Assembly: GCF_022045235.1 (NCBI RefSeq)
Contig: NW_027266275.1
Coordinates: 68,386,001 to 68,450,000 of the forward strand
Length of the DNA: 64,000 bases
Direction of reading: 5' to 3'
Origin: Haliotis cracherodii
Lineage: Eukaryota
Positions within the stretch are counted from its first letter, which is position 1; each line of letters begins with the position of its first letter. The notes beneath the pieces were generated by a model. That model was given only the letters and a program-made list of their open reading frames with translations, did no database searches and was not told the DNA's origin. The position numbers and the translations under genes were made by a program. Shown piece by piece: positions 13,242 to 26,224 of this stretch.

Positions 13242-13464
13242 TTTGTTTGACCCCACACTCAGCAATATTCCAACTGTATGACAGCGGTCTGTAAACAATC
13301 GAGTCTTTGCCAGACAATCCAGTGATTAGCACCATGAGCATCGATCCACGCAATTGGGATACGATAGCATCCATCTACTAAGTCAACGACAACCCGATCC
13401 CGTTATTCGCCTCTTACACGACAAACATGGGTTGGTAAAACCATTTTATATGGATCTTCACGGG
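13242..13464 (-). mobile_element. SINE family B
   Basis: Homologous to 14989-15250. Confidence 0.8.
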
Positions 13465-14044
13465 GAATTATAAAGATAATAAGGATAATAATAACAATAA
13501 TACATAAAACATGTATATCTGTATAGCGCTAATTCTACACACAATGGTATGTTAAATTATTATTCATTTCATAAGGTTACATTTAATTTATTTTGAAAAT
13601 GTTTGTTGCCTTTCATGAATGAGTGAGTTGGGGTTTACGCTGCTTTGGTATATATCACGACGTTTAAGTTTAATATGAGGGAAATCCCTTTTGGCGAAAC
13701 CACGTACACAGTTATGGATCTGATAATCCAACTGAGGATCATGAGGACGTTTCTGAGATTCGAACACACGATCACCGGATCGCCATCACTTTTACTAAAC
13801 AATATTGTCCATTGAGTAGCTTGGCGTGTCTCATATATCGACATGTCTATATGCTCATTTAACTGCTATGGAATAATTGTTTTAGAGTGGTGACTAATTT
13901 ATTCAATTGTGGACAATGTGATGGCCTTTTCATTAAGGTTTGATAAATCATAATCGTTTCCCATACCTGAATGTCGAGAAAAGAGAGAAATTGCCTAATC
14001 TCAAAAAGGGTTTCATGACCATCTAAGGCAAGCATGCCTCAAAT

Positions 14045-14290
14045 TAACTGCCGGGCAAAAGACAGTATACACTCATGTTTGATGTTGGCTAAAAAGACAC
14101 AAACACGACATGCATATTTGATGGTGATGTATTTGATACGGGTATCATAGTTGTGTTTTGGCGTTGTTTTGTTTTCAGTGTTTCGGCGACTGTTTACAGC
14201 ACAGTAACGTTTTGATGATGTTTATAGTATAATGTTTTTGTCATATCCAATATTTAAGTGTACAATATTCTTGCCCGTCTATTTATGTTG
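14045..14290. mobile_element. Dispersed repeat, probable DNA-transposon end
   Basis: taactgccgg.caaaaga.agtat.cac.catgttt shared with 12845-12895 and 21688-21920. Confidence 0.5.
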
Positions 14291-14540
14291 AAAGCTGCGT
14301 TATACACATGACACTAGCTCACTCACTCCAGTTGTTAATGTCGCGATGGAAGCAACAGCGAGAGAGTTGGTTGTGTTTAATGCTGCTTTGAATATATTGG
14401 ATGTATACACATACTCCAAGAGGTTCAATGTCCTTTTTGTTTTAAGCATCCTTTCTTCTATCCAGATATGCAAGTATTGCGGTTAACCGTTACAGGGAAA
14501 TTAAAAAAATAAATCAATGACCTCACTAGATAATCAGATA

Positions 14541-14710
14541 CAGTAAACTACGTTTATAACAAACACGTTTATAACAAACTGACCGATATAACGAACTTAT
14601 CTTTTAGTCCCGGCCATTTGTTGTATACATGTATATGCTTATACCGCACTACGGTTATTACGAACTGAAAATAGTGGTCCCTTTGAGTTCGTTATAACCG
14701 TAGTTTACTG
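14541..14710. mobile_element. Tc1/mariner/pogo-type MITE
   Basis: TIR CAGTAAACTACG(T/G)TTATAAC(A/G)AAC with TA TSD on both sides. Confidence 0.85.
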
Positions 14711-14841
14711 TATTGAGGACAGAGGAAGTTCATCTCAGTATAAAATTAAAATATATGCAGTGTAACAATCTTTTTCACTTCGAGTACGATCTGGGAATAA
14801 ATAATGAAATTACATAATGTAAAACACAAATGTGAGCTCCT

Positions 14842-14980
14842 CATGTTACTACCACCCCATGTTACTACTCTCCCATGTTACTACTTCCCCATGTTACTAC
14901 CTCCCCATGTTACTACTCTCCCATGTTACTACCTCCCCATGTTACTACTCTCCCATGTTACTACTTCCCCATGTTACTAC
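14842..14980. repeat. 17-bp tandem repeat
   Basis: (catgttactacctcccc)n, about 8 copies. Confidence 0.9.
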
Positions 14981-14988
14981 TATTGTTA

Positions 14989-15250
14989 GACCCGTGAAGA
15001 TTCCGGGGTAGAATAGGTCTTCAGCAACCCATGCTTGCCGTAAAAGGTGACTATACTTGTCGTAGAAGGCGACTAACGGGATCGGGTGGTCAGGCTCGCT
15101 AACTCGATGCATGTCATCGTATCCAAATTGCGTGGATCGATGCTCATGATGTCAATCACTGGATTGTCTGGTCCAGACTCGATTATTTACAGACCGCCGT
15201 CATATAGCTGTAATATTGCTGAGTGCGGCGTTAAACAACAAACAAACAAA
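14989..15250 (+). mobile_element. SINE family B, full length
   Basis: GACCCGTGAAGA...GCGGCGTTAAAC(AACA)n; TSD tattgtta. Confidence 0.88.
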
Positions 15251-16649
15251 TATTGTTAACACGACCCCGTAGGATAGAACCCGCAAATCCCTTTCTTAGC
15301 AGCAAAATGGGAAAAAAATATTCATTATGTTTTCCAATTAATAAAGAAAGTCTGTCGTTCAAGTTTATCACCCATGAGTTCAGAAGCATTTGTGTTTAAG
15401 CTGACATAGAAATAGAGTGGTAAGACAAGTGCAAGATATTTTGGTATTTACATTATTCATCATATTGTATGTAATTTCAGTTCTGTGGTGTTATTGAAGA
15501 TAGGGTACCTGAGCGTTCATTAATAATTAATATTTGATACCAAATTCCAACACAGATGATCCTAAAAGATGATGTTTATCACGACCGCGTTTAATAAGGG
15601 GCAACTTCTAGTTATCTGGAATTTAATATTGTATAAGAATTTATACATGTACGTATACCATTTTGAAACCACCAGCGACATAGCGAGTGAGAACGCCATG
15701 TTTATCGTGAAGTCGATTAATCATAATTTATTCACGAATCATAATACCTTTCAAAGTATACCTATGTACACACACGGAGCAGTTTTCTTGCCAATCGATG
15801 AGAAGCAATTCATCGTCTTGGCTACATCCTCATCCCGGCTTGATGTTTAGTTGGTTGTCTGGCTACCGGGTACATCCCATCAATGTTTAAATATTAGCGT
15901 CATTGTTTCTCTGTCTAGATTGCATGGCAATCAAAGGGTACTTTTGCCTGCGTACGTAGAGATCAAAGATAAGTAAACGTGCTTATCTGACCTACATACA
16001 TTCTTAAGATGGCCCTGTATTTTAAACAAGATACGTTTTCTACACCCAAGACCGAGTTTATTACCAATACCACGTGGTGTAACACCAAATTACCTGCTGT
16101 TTTAGACGTTTGTGATTAGTGGGAGATGTGAAGTTAAGATTTTGTTTCTGCGTAGTTAGGCTTCAAATATACACTACGGGCACAAAATAAGGAAATTAAT
16201 GATTTGAATGTAGACATCATTGTGGTGTACATTTGCAATACTGTGGCGTTGCATTTGAACGCAACATCTAATCACAATGAAATTTCACATCTTGCATGAA
16301 CAGCACGTGATGCACGTGCATACAGAAGCCAAAGTGCGTGCGCCAGTAGGGGAGCTATATCACTAATACAATTGAGCTAAGCACACTTTTAATGTTTCCG
16401 AGACAATATCTCACTGAACAGACATAATGGTGAATTGTGGGTACGATAGAGTGGTGGACGCCAATGTCCCAAGTTGCCGCAATGTTTGACAAATCAAAAA
16501 GTGAAATTTCTCGACTGTGGGACAAGTATCGTCAAACGGGTCGAGTTGCAATGACACCTGGGAGGGACAGGCCTAACAAAGCGACACCTAGCTAAGATCG
16601 TCTCATTGCATTAATTGCACTACGCAATAGATTCAACTCTGCTCCTGTT

Positions 16650-17735
16650 GTCAAGTCAAGTCAAGTCAAGTGATTTTATTCTCAAAATCACCCACGGTGG
16701 TACAAGAGCATATTTTACCAACTATTTTCAATAATATTAAAATAGTTACACGTGATGAAAGACAGACACATGCATACTGGCATGGAGCCAACATTATTTT
16801 GTGTTGACGGTAGCGAGAATAACCGAATGAATTTACAAAGTTTCATGATATCGTTTAGTTTTGTAGGGAATAACACACGTGAATATTTGAATAAGCTAAA
16901 ATCTTTTCCTTTAAATACTTACATATATGAGAGCTAAAATAAGGACATTTATATCGATAGTTAAATGCAAAAGATGGAGGGTCGCACAAACGGCATATTC
17001 TGTCCTCAAGGGGACGACCACGCCATCTGCCGGTTTCTATCGTTTATGATTCGAGGTTCTGTATTTTTGATAAGGCATTGCCAAGTCTATTTAACGAAAG
17101 AATGGTGAGTGAGTGTGGTTTTTACGCCCTTTTTAGCAATGTCACGGCTGGGAACGCTACAAATTCACACACAGTACCCATGTGGGGAATTGAACCCGAT
17201 GTTCGGTGGGACTTTAACCACTAGGTTACCGCTAGGATATCCCGTCGCCCCTTCGAAAGAATGGGACTCTACAAATAATGAATGCAGTAATTCCTTGGAT
17301 CTAGAGAACGTATCATTTCTCCGTGATTGTATAAAATGATCTGGCAGTACAGATTTGACTTATGATCTTAACCAATTTCGGTTGAAGTTATTAGAATTCT
17401 TGAATAATTCACTTTGTCCACAATGGTCCAAAATGTTCTATGCATTATATACCAAGGAAACTTGGAGTACAGTTCCCCAAACCAGTTATTATCTTCAGAA
17501 AGTTTAATAGGAATTGTTCTATTACTTATATATCCCCAAACTTCACAACCATACAAAATTAATGGCAGTACCATTACACCAGAAACCTTAATAGTGCAAT
17601 CTATATTGGTAAATGTTTTTTTCCTCTTTTCGGAAGACATAAGATTATTTGCTGTTGTTAATAGTTCTTTCATAGCTAGAGTTAATCTTTACTTCTTATG
17701 TGATTTTAAACCTAAATGATTATAAATATCTTCAG
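16650..17735 (-). mobile_element. 5'-truncated LINE inserted in the Tc1 element
   Basis: MVLPLILYGCEVWGY and IETGRWRGRPLEDRICRLC ORF2 C-terminal motifs; 3' end AATAAA plus (CTTGA)n tail at 16650-16680. Confidence 0.8.
17106..17253 (-). mobile_element. SINE family A inside the LINE
   Basis: TSD cgaaagaatgg (17095-17105/17254-17264). Confidence 0.8.
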
Positions 17736-18284
17736 TTTCAACTGAGAATTCCATACAATGACCGGAAAGCGAATTTCAACTACTACCGTTAAACAGCGGC
17801 TCTGTACAGCACACCTGAAAACACGAAGCCCTATGGAGGGCGTGACCCTAACAGTTTACCACAGGCGGCAAAGACTGGGATGGACTAGGCAACACCAGGG
17901 ACGGACTGCGCGCCAATGGATGGCAGAAAACGTTGTTGACGACGTAGCGGCGAGTGGTATGAAAGGGCAACAATTGTTTACCATAATAGCTATGGGGTCG
18001 CAGTGTCATGGTGTGGGGCGGTATCACACATGGCAGGCGAACTGATTTGGTTATTTTGAATGAACATTTGACTGGTTAGAGCATGTTGACGAAGGTTTGC
18101 GTCCTGTTGTTGTTCTATTCGCTGGAATTATCGGCAGAAAGTTTGAACTGCAAGATGGCAATGCCAGGCCACATCGTTCTCAGGTTGTCACCGATTTTCT
18201 CCGACAAGAAGGCATGCGGAGATTGGACTGGCTTGCTGCGTGTCTCCCCAAGAGACCATCTGTGGGAAATTCTCGGGCAAAGAG

Positions 18285-18562
18285 GGGGCACGGGTGGCCC
18301 AGTCGTCTAAGGCCCCGCGATTCGCTGTGCAAAGTTGCGTCCCTTAAGCACGCAAGAAACCTATGATTGTGGGCTCGAATCCCGGTTCGCCCCAATTATG
18401 TTTCTAGGTTTGTCAGCACCATACCCGTTGTCGTGGGTTTCACCGAAGTGGTAAACGTTTGAGACCTGCATCACTTCGGGCTTTCCTCCTACATTAAGCT
18501 GACACGCCGTGATATAACTGGAATACTGTTAAAAGCGATGTAAACCCAACTCACTCACTCAC
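18285..18562 (+). mobile_element. SINE family C, full length, inside Tc1 transposase
   Basis: 14-bp TSD tctcgggcaaagag; tRNA-Leu-like head; (CACT)n tail. Confidence 0.9.
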
Positions 18563-19202
18563 TCTCGGGCAAAGAGTGTATGCCAGGGACCCAACACACG
18601 CCAACGTGGCCCAGCTTGGGGTAGCTCTTCAGACTAATCTCCAGTATGCCATCAAGGTGTCATGCATGTATCGCCCAACATGGAGGACACACCAATTATT
18701 GATCTACAGGCCCGAAATTAATTTTACGGACATTAATCGTCATTAGGCCATCACTAACATTTCTTCAGTTGCCGTATTTTTTGTCTGTAGTATACATATA
18801 TTATATGATAGACTAATATACCCTATAAAACAGAACTAGCTGCCAAACGTAATGTTTGAGGGATTTAAATCAAAGGGCAAGGTATGTTAAATACGAGGGC
18901 CCCTTTTGACCCACATAATCTGCATATTTCAAGAATTGTGCTGTACAAGAATTAAAATACAAGAGTCTTTGATTTTTTTTAGATGGACATAGAACAATTA
19001 CAAACAAAGGTACACAATTCACCTTGAGTCACGGATTTGATCATACTTAGATTTTGAGGTTTGAAATATGTTCACTCAAGTTAGCCATATCTGTGTATTT
19101 AACCATGTCAGAAGTCCAAAACTTACAAGTGTAAGAAAGAAAGAAATGCTAGTTATCTGCCATTTGAACAAGCCTGATATTCTGAATACTAATATATTTA
19201 GT

Positions 19203-20040
19203 AGATAAACATACTGTGTTTTCAACGTAGAGCTAGGTTACCTGTAGATTACCTGCGCAGTGTGAGGTTTCAAATGTTAAATTTAGGGCGGTTAAATCTA
19301 CAGGTAACCTAGCAGTACATTGAAAACACAGTATGTTTATCTCCATTCTACCATGACTAAATAAAATGCGAACTCTTTGGTGTTAGCAAATATACAGAGT
19401 GAAGCGGCATGGGTTGAATTCAGTGTTTTGAGTGGGTTATCGATCTGAATTACGGAATCACCGAACAAAATATGGTGCTGTATATATTCAAGCAGTTTGT
19501 TTCCACCGTAATACTTCACTCGAACATATGACAGGCATTGAAAGCATATAAGTACGGCAACTTGGTAAGCTAATATGAGGTGGGCATCCCTAAAGAAAAC
19601 AAAGCAAGCTTTGCAAGGCTTTCGCTCTACAGCGCGCGTCACCATTATGACGTCATATCGCTCATTGTGACGCCAAAAATATGACGTCACAGTCGTATAT
19701 AGAAAAGCGCCAAAATTCCAAGCTCTCTGTTGTCTCCAAAACGTAAACACATTCCCTTTGTTGATTTCTGTCGTGTTTTTCTGCATGAAATGTATTGCCG
19801 CACATCCTTTTAATATTGTAGTAACCGCATCTGTGCATTTTGTAACCTGTAATTGTAGATATAATTATTCAAATATGCCTACCGACAATTACTGAAAATA
19901 GTACTATTCTATGAATATTAGCTTCCGCGGTGATGCGGCCGTCAAATCAGCTATTTCAATCAGAGGGGGTTTATTGCGATTTAATAGCCGCTGATTGACC
20001 AATCAGAATCGAGTAAATTCCAAATTCATGGTAGAATAAA
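19203..20040. mobile_element. Non-autonomous element with a long terminal hairpin (Crypton-like?)
   Basis: 48-bp inverted arms 19203-19250/19295-19342; inner IR ttctaccatga (19346-19356) / tcatggtagaa (20026-20036). Confidence 0.5.
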
Positions 20041-20876
20041 GTTTAAACTTTAAAATTTGATATACAACGGGCCCTTAGCCTGCCAATTTGCCTGAGCACA
20101 GAGTCCCTGAGAAACAAATGCATTATACTGTACTGTTCCGAGACTACGTTCAAGTCATCAAGCAGATCTGTGTAGACCTGTCCTTGTTCTCAGACAGGTG
20201 AAGGTCTGTCATATATTTTCATAGATGACAAAAAACAACAATGATGTTTCAAGATTAAGTTGTTGCAAACTAACTGCGTTTAGAATTGGTTTGATATCCA
20301 GAATAACAGGGTTATATATATCGCAACCATAACCTCGACATTAAAGACATTTGTAGTAAAAGGTTCTGACATGATATTTTTAAATAGCCAGAATGGCAAT
20401 ATTTTATTTAACGGGTTCGGCAGTAATTCACAGCGAGTACGTACGCACGTAGGTACGTGTGTTGTATATAAATGTCAGAGTCAAATGTTGAGATGTGTTT
20501 GTGTGCATTGTTTACGACGCGTATTTGGTAGACAAGACTGGAACCAATGATACCATATCATTTCTGTGTCTGAAACTAAGTGCTCCCTTATTTATGTCCA
20601 TCAGTATATATATTTCAACTGCAGCAGGGAGTGCCAGCATGAGGTGAGGACAGATCTCAACGTGAAGCAGGTTGTTCGTGAAACCGACGCGTATAGGTAC
20701 AGTGTTGGTTGACACGTCATCATATGCTAGGAACCATGTGACTAAAACGGACCACGGGTCATAATAGTGGTAAAAGTGAGATTCGAACACCGGCCACGCG
20801 GAACCTGGCAGCAAAGGGACGCAACTCTGCCCAGGGAGACGAGAACCATTATGAGGTCAAATACTATCAAGAAACA

Positions 20877-21035
20877 TGAGTGAGTTACATGAGTTTTAAG
20901 AAGCCTTTAACGATATTTTAACAATTTCAGGACAGGGGACACCAGTTATGGGCTTCACATGTTGTACCCATGAAGGGAATCGAACCCTGCCTTTGGCGTA
21001 ACGAGCGAACGTCACGCACTTGGCTACAAGCCGCT
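20877..21035 (-). mobile_element. SINE family A (diverged)
   Basis: gggacaccagttatgggcttcaca...gggaatcgaaccc. Confidence 0.75.
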
Positions 21036-21986
21036 AGGAAGTTACAACCAGGTCGTTTGAAAATGGTTTGTTGTACGAGGGTTGATTGATAAGAAGAAGG
21101 ACTTGTGTAATAGTTTGTCGGGGACATAGATGAAGTCATCAATGTATATCCCCCCCAAAACGTGAGTCCATTAAGCAAATTGTTTCGTTGTGACAAGTCA
21201 GTAAACTAAGCAGGGATCTATGACCTTTGAAAAATGGACAAACCTGAGGGACGTGCAGTGATCAAGTGCTTGTGGGCAGTTGGAAAGTCTTGATTCTCCA
21301 ATGTTACCGTTCATATCGTCAAAAGCAATCATTGTTTATGGTATAAAAGAAATATTGATATAAAGAAGCGCAAAATACAACTCACTCACTCTTGTCTATA
21401 TTAAAACTAGTGACAGTCAGTATAGTTTGTTTAGAATTTAGATTTATAAGTGACTATCGACCTCGGTAATCAGAATGTCCATGTGTGCCTTTGACGGAGC
21501 TGTGGTTAATATTCGTGGATGATTTATCGATTGATTATTGGAATTTGGAAATGCTTTAACCCCACTAAGCTAATGTCTCAAATCCATGAATATATCGCCA
21601 TAGAGGATATATATATCTATCGTTGATAGCAGTAAGTAGCGCACCAAAGTAACCTCATTGTTCACTGTGTTGACAGTTCCTCAAAATAACCTGCCGGACA
21701 AAAGAAAGTATATACCCATGTTTGCAGATGGCTAACATGAAACGAACAAGATATGGTTATTCCATGGTAATGAATTTAATACGGGTATCGTAGATGTGTT
21801 TTGGACCTTACGTTCGCAGTGTTCGGGGGCCTGTAAAGTTTTGATATCGTTTTTGATTATCGTCGAATCTAATTTTCAAGTGTATACTTTCTTTTGCCCC
21901 GCAGTGTATGTTCCAAACCATGTCAATAATAATACGGTTTGAATCCCAGTTCGCCCTGATTACAAGCCTACCAATGGAAACTGACA

Positions 21987-22354
21987 GACTGCGACAAAAG
22001 TCTGGCATATATCTACACAAAACAAGGGATCGGCAACAGAAAACAATGAGAACGTAACTAAAAAATAAGAAACAGCATCATAAATCTGAGAGCACGCTGC
22101 CGAACACATGGAAACGGCAGCACTAAAACACAGACAGCAACATCCCAGACTAGGCATGCGTAGAACAAGGGGACGTTGACGTCACGTAAGGAGGATTAAC
22201 AAACAGTGAGTAAATTTACATACTTCAGCCCCACTAGTGTTGTGATCATCTAGAATATTCTATATTGCGCTGTTATATGTAAATGTACTTGTCATTGTTT
22301 TCTGTTGCCGATTCTCTATGTATTGTAGTCATATGACAATTTTTTCTTGCAGTC
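21987..22354. mobile_element. MITE-like element with about 70-bp imperfect TIRs
   Basis: gactgc...atcggcaacagaaaacaatga / tcattgttttctgttgccgat...gcagtc. Confidence 0.6.
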
Positions 22355-23034
22355 GGAAAACGTCAGGGAGCTGCATCACTTCGAGCGTTCTTCTCACATT
22401 AAGCTGACACGCCGTGATGTAGCTTGAATAATCTTTAAAGTGGCGTTAATTCCAACTCACCCACGCACTCACTCAATAATGATACGTAAGCTTCAACACT
22501 ATCATCACATAGTTCCATCAAACAACAGAAAACTCTCGAAGTCTTAGGTACAATCAATGATGTATCAAGGTTGTTCGTAGTTCGAGATACGTAGAGTAGA
22601 AATATCAGACCATAGTGCACATAAGCCGGTATTCTACATCGATATTTCCAGTTATTGGAGTTTGGCCTCATTGTAAATAAACATTGCCGTTATTAGAATA
22701 TTTTCGTTGGCTATTGGAATGCTTACAAATGAAAGGGGCGCGAATGGATAAATAACTGTATAAGTCGCAACAGTTCAGTTTGTAGAGTTGCGTCCCTTAC
22801 GAGTCTGAGGATTCGCTCATCGTGGACTCGAATCCGATTTTCGCTCTGATTGTGATCCTTTTGCTAGCACCATACCAGTGTGTGGGGGCTTTATCAAAAT
22901 TCCGTAAAATAATTGAAATACTGTTTGAAGTAGCGTTCAAGGCAACTCGACCACTTTGTAAAGACTAGATGCTTCATAGCACAGTAGATGGTATAGTATA
23001 TGACAAAATACCCGTCCCATGTCGTCAACCTTTG

Positions 23035-23197
23035 TGTTAGTGAGTATGGTTTTACGCCGCTTTTAGAAACATTCCAGCAATATCACAGCGGGGGACTCCA
23101 GAAATGGGCTTCACACATTGTACCAATGTCGGGAATCGAACCCGGGTCTTCGGCGTGACGCGTCGAACGCTATAACCACTAGGCTCCCCGACCGCCC
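23035..23197 (-). mobile_element. SINE family A
   Basis: TSD cgtcaacctttg. Confidence 0.9.
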
Positions 23198-23244
23198 GTC
23201 AACCTTTGAAGTTGAACTGATGTATATACCAATCTGGTAATGGG

Positions 23245-23525
23245 CGAATTGTTTAACGCCGATTTAACTGTTACAGTATTCCAGTTATGTAACGGCGTGT
23301 CTGCTTGGTGTGGGAGGAAAGCCCGAAGTGATGCACGCCTCAGACCTTTACAACACAGGTGAAACCCCCGAGCACGGGTTTGGTGCTGACAAACTTAGAA
23401 ACATAATGAGGGCGAATCGGAATTCGAACTCACGAAGATAGGTTCCTGGCACGCCTAAGGGATGCAACTCTGCACAACGAATTGCGGTGCCCTAAACAAT
23501 TTGGCTGTCAGTGTCCCCGACCCAT
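23245..23525 (-). mobile_element. SINE family C (diverged)
   Basis: Homologous to 18285-18562; further fragments at about 22360-22474 and 22735-22950 on plus. Confidence 0.75.
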
Positions 23526-23613
23526 CTGGTATAGACTGAACCTGTTTCTACTCTCATCACAACCGTTAACTCCAACTTCAGACATGTGGATTTCTTGTAT
23601 CTTTCACTCAAGA

Positions 23614-23961
23614 GACCGCCTCCGTGGCCTAGTGGTAGAACATCACCCGGAGAGCGGAAGGTCCGGGGTTCGATCCCCGGCCGCGTCATACCAAAAGAAT
23701 ATAAAGATGGCACTTGTTGTTACCCTGACTGGCGCTCGGCATTAAGGGGCTAAAACAAGGACTGGTCGGCTCGGAGTCAGTATACTGTGTCTGAGTGGGG
23801 TATTCATGTTAAACTGCGGCATGGTATCTCAGTGAGCTAGCACTATAAATCGGCATCATCGGACTAGTACAAGCAGCCACACACACACACGTACATGCAC
23901 GTCGCTATATAAGTGCAATAAACTTGGACGCGACGTTAAACCCAATTTCACCTCACCTCAC
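23614..23961 (+). mobile_element. SINE family D, full length
   Basis: TSD ctttcactcaaga; head GTGGCCTAGTGG...GGTTCGATCCC; (CACCT)n tail. Confidence 0.9.
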
Positions 23962-25554
23962 CTTTCACTCAAGAAATATGGCTAGGGATACGGTACTTTC
24001 TGACACGCCAAAGACCCTATGTTGATTCACACATGGGTACACGTCGTTAAACTATGTAAGCCTTGCCTTGCACTTACATTATTCCCAATCATAAATGCAA
24101 AAATCATTTCGACTTTGAAATAAACGTGGTTGTCTCGTGGATATTACCTGTATTCATATTTAATAAATGTCAATTCGTTTTTGTGTGGTACAGTCTGAAA
24201 ACGGGCGATAAAACGGGTTTCAAAAGATATTACGAATGGTTATCGTATGTGCAGAGTTGCGTCCCTTAGTTATGCCAGGATCGCTGGTTGTTAGTTTGTT
24301 CCCAGGTTGTCCCGTATTATCACTCATTCGCGGGGTCAAGTTTTTTAATTGCTCTTCTGCTTATAGATTATGGTCTACATGATTTATATATCTAATTCTA
24401 GAACCTACCAGTATGTGAGGTAAATATTACATACTTATCTCGTCTCTGTTCAAGGTTACACACCAATAACTACGTCAATTCCAAAATTGATTTTTCGCTT
24501 TTAGGTGTTGGAACTGTTTTGAATAATATATGCCAAAAGACCAACGGAGAGAAACCCGAACCATTTCTGACCTTAAATGAAGATTGCCAGTCTAAATAAT
24601 GTAAACATTAATCACCAATAGTCGACTTGTGGTCACGTTAATGACCATGCTCATGCACGGAAAGCGTCAAATAGGGCAAAGCTGTAAATAGTACTAACAA
24701 CTCACCTGTAATGGCGACGTGATACGAAGCAGTATTAAAGGGTTATCAATGAGAACATCAGGGTGAAATATACAAAATGCTTATTCTTCGTGAAGAAACA
24801 CAAGTAATTCCATATCTGGAAATTTTGATATTTCAAATAAATTATATTAGTTGGGGGTATCCTAACAGCTCACCGGCAGTACTCACCATATATCCGGTTC
24901 TTGAATATATACCCTTGTATCTGAACAGTACAATTGTACTCTCGCCACCACATACCCGTGTACATATATTATTATATTCAACTATCGATATATCCCATAT
25001 ATCTGAACAGTAGTATTCTAATTTGCGTCACGATATATCCATGTACATATATTATTTTATTCAACTCTCAATAACAGTATTCTACTCTCGTCACGATATA
25101 TCCATGTACATATGTTATTGTATTCAAATCAAGCTATGATGTACCCGTAAATATAATTTGCAGTATTCAACTCTCATCATGATATACCCTTGTGTATAGA
25201 TTGTTGTATTCAAATCTAGCCATGATATATCCACGAACGTATTGTGTGGTATCAACTCTTGCCATGATATACAAACATATCTTGTCATTGTCATTCCCCA
25301 CCCGACAAATCTCTCCACGTGCTCAGTCCCAGTCATGCACGGCTCAGACAATCGATAGGTGCTGTCGTACCGCAGAGGACCACGTATACAATGGCGGCTG
25401 CTGACGTCGGGAGTTCCCATAGTGATCGGAGGACTAAGTTCACGGATGGACCGTCTAAGAAGCCGATAGCTAGGTTTGTTCATAGATATGTCTTGTCATG
25501 CCCGAATGCAGCAACAAGCTGGATACGCCATGCATAACAGTAACAATATATAAG

Positions 25555-25742
25555 GGAGAATATATGAATGCCAACTTCTTTATTATGAGGAACACAACGT
25601 TACGGAGTATATACTTCATCAGGTGAATAAATGCTATGAAGCAGAGAACATGTAATATTGCATTCATTCACCTGATGAAGGAGTAAGTATTTACTCCGAA
25701 ATGTGTTCCTCATAATCAAGCAGTTGACATCCATTAATTCTC
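25555..25742. mobile_element. Inverted repeat with hammerhead-ribozyme cores (Penelope-like pLTR remnant)
   Basis: Arms about 25555-25634 and 25660-25742; plus arm CTGATGA-A-GGAGTAA-gtat-TTACTCC-GAAA (25672-25701). Confidence 0.65.
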
Positions 25743-25770
25743 TTTCTTGTGTGTTTCAAATCTAAATGTT

Positions 25771-26040
25771 TTGTTTGTTTGTTTATTTGTTGTTTAACGC
25801 CGCACTCAGCAATATTCCAGCTATATGACGGCGGCCTGTAAATAATCGAGTCTGGACCAGACAATCTAGTGATTGACAACATGATCATCGATCCACGCAA
25901 TTGGGGTCGATGACATGCATCAACCAAGCCAGCGAGCCTGACCACTCGATCCCGTTAGTCGCCCCTTACGACAAGCATAGTCGCCTTTTACGGCAAGCAT
26001 GGGTTGCTGAAGACCTGTTGTACCCGGGATCTTCATGGTC
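25771..26040 (-). mobile_element. SINE family B, full length
   Basis: TSD tcaaatc(t/g)aaatgtt. Confidence 0.88.
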
Positions 26041-26224
26041 AAATCGAAATGTTATCCAAAGGAACAATATAGCTTGTTTTGAAAATAATTACGTTAATCC
26101 ATAAGGAAATCGTTTAAGTAGGGGGAACGATATTATACCATGATATTCTCAGCCACGTTCAACGGGCGCCACATTATTAGAAGACAGTAATATACACTGA
26201 ATTTCTTCTAGCTTCAGTAATTCA

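Larger units (their letters stand above)
16172..18792 (+). mobile_element. Tc1/mariner transposon, pseudogenised, with nested insertions
   Basis: Imperfect TIR CACTACGGGCACAAAATAAGG / TACTACAGACAAAAAATACGG with TA flanks; transposase remnants ISTTTVKQRL, SVMVWGGI, LQDGNARPHR, HLWEILGQR with stops and frameshifts. Confidence 0.85.
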
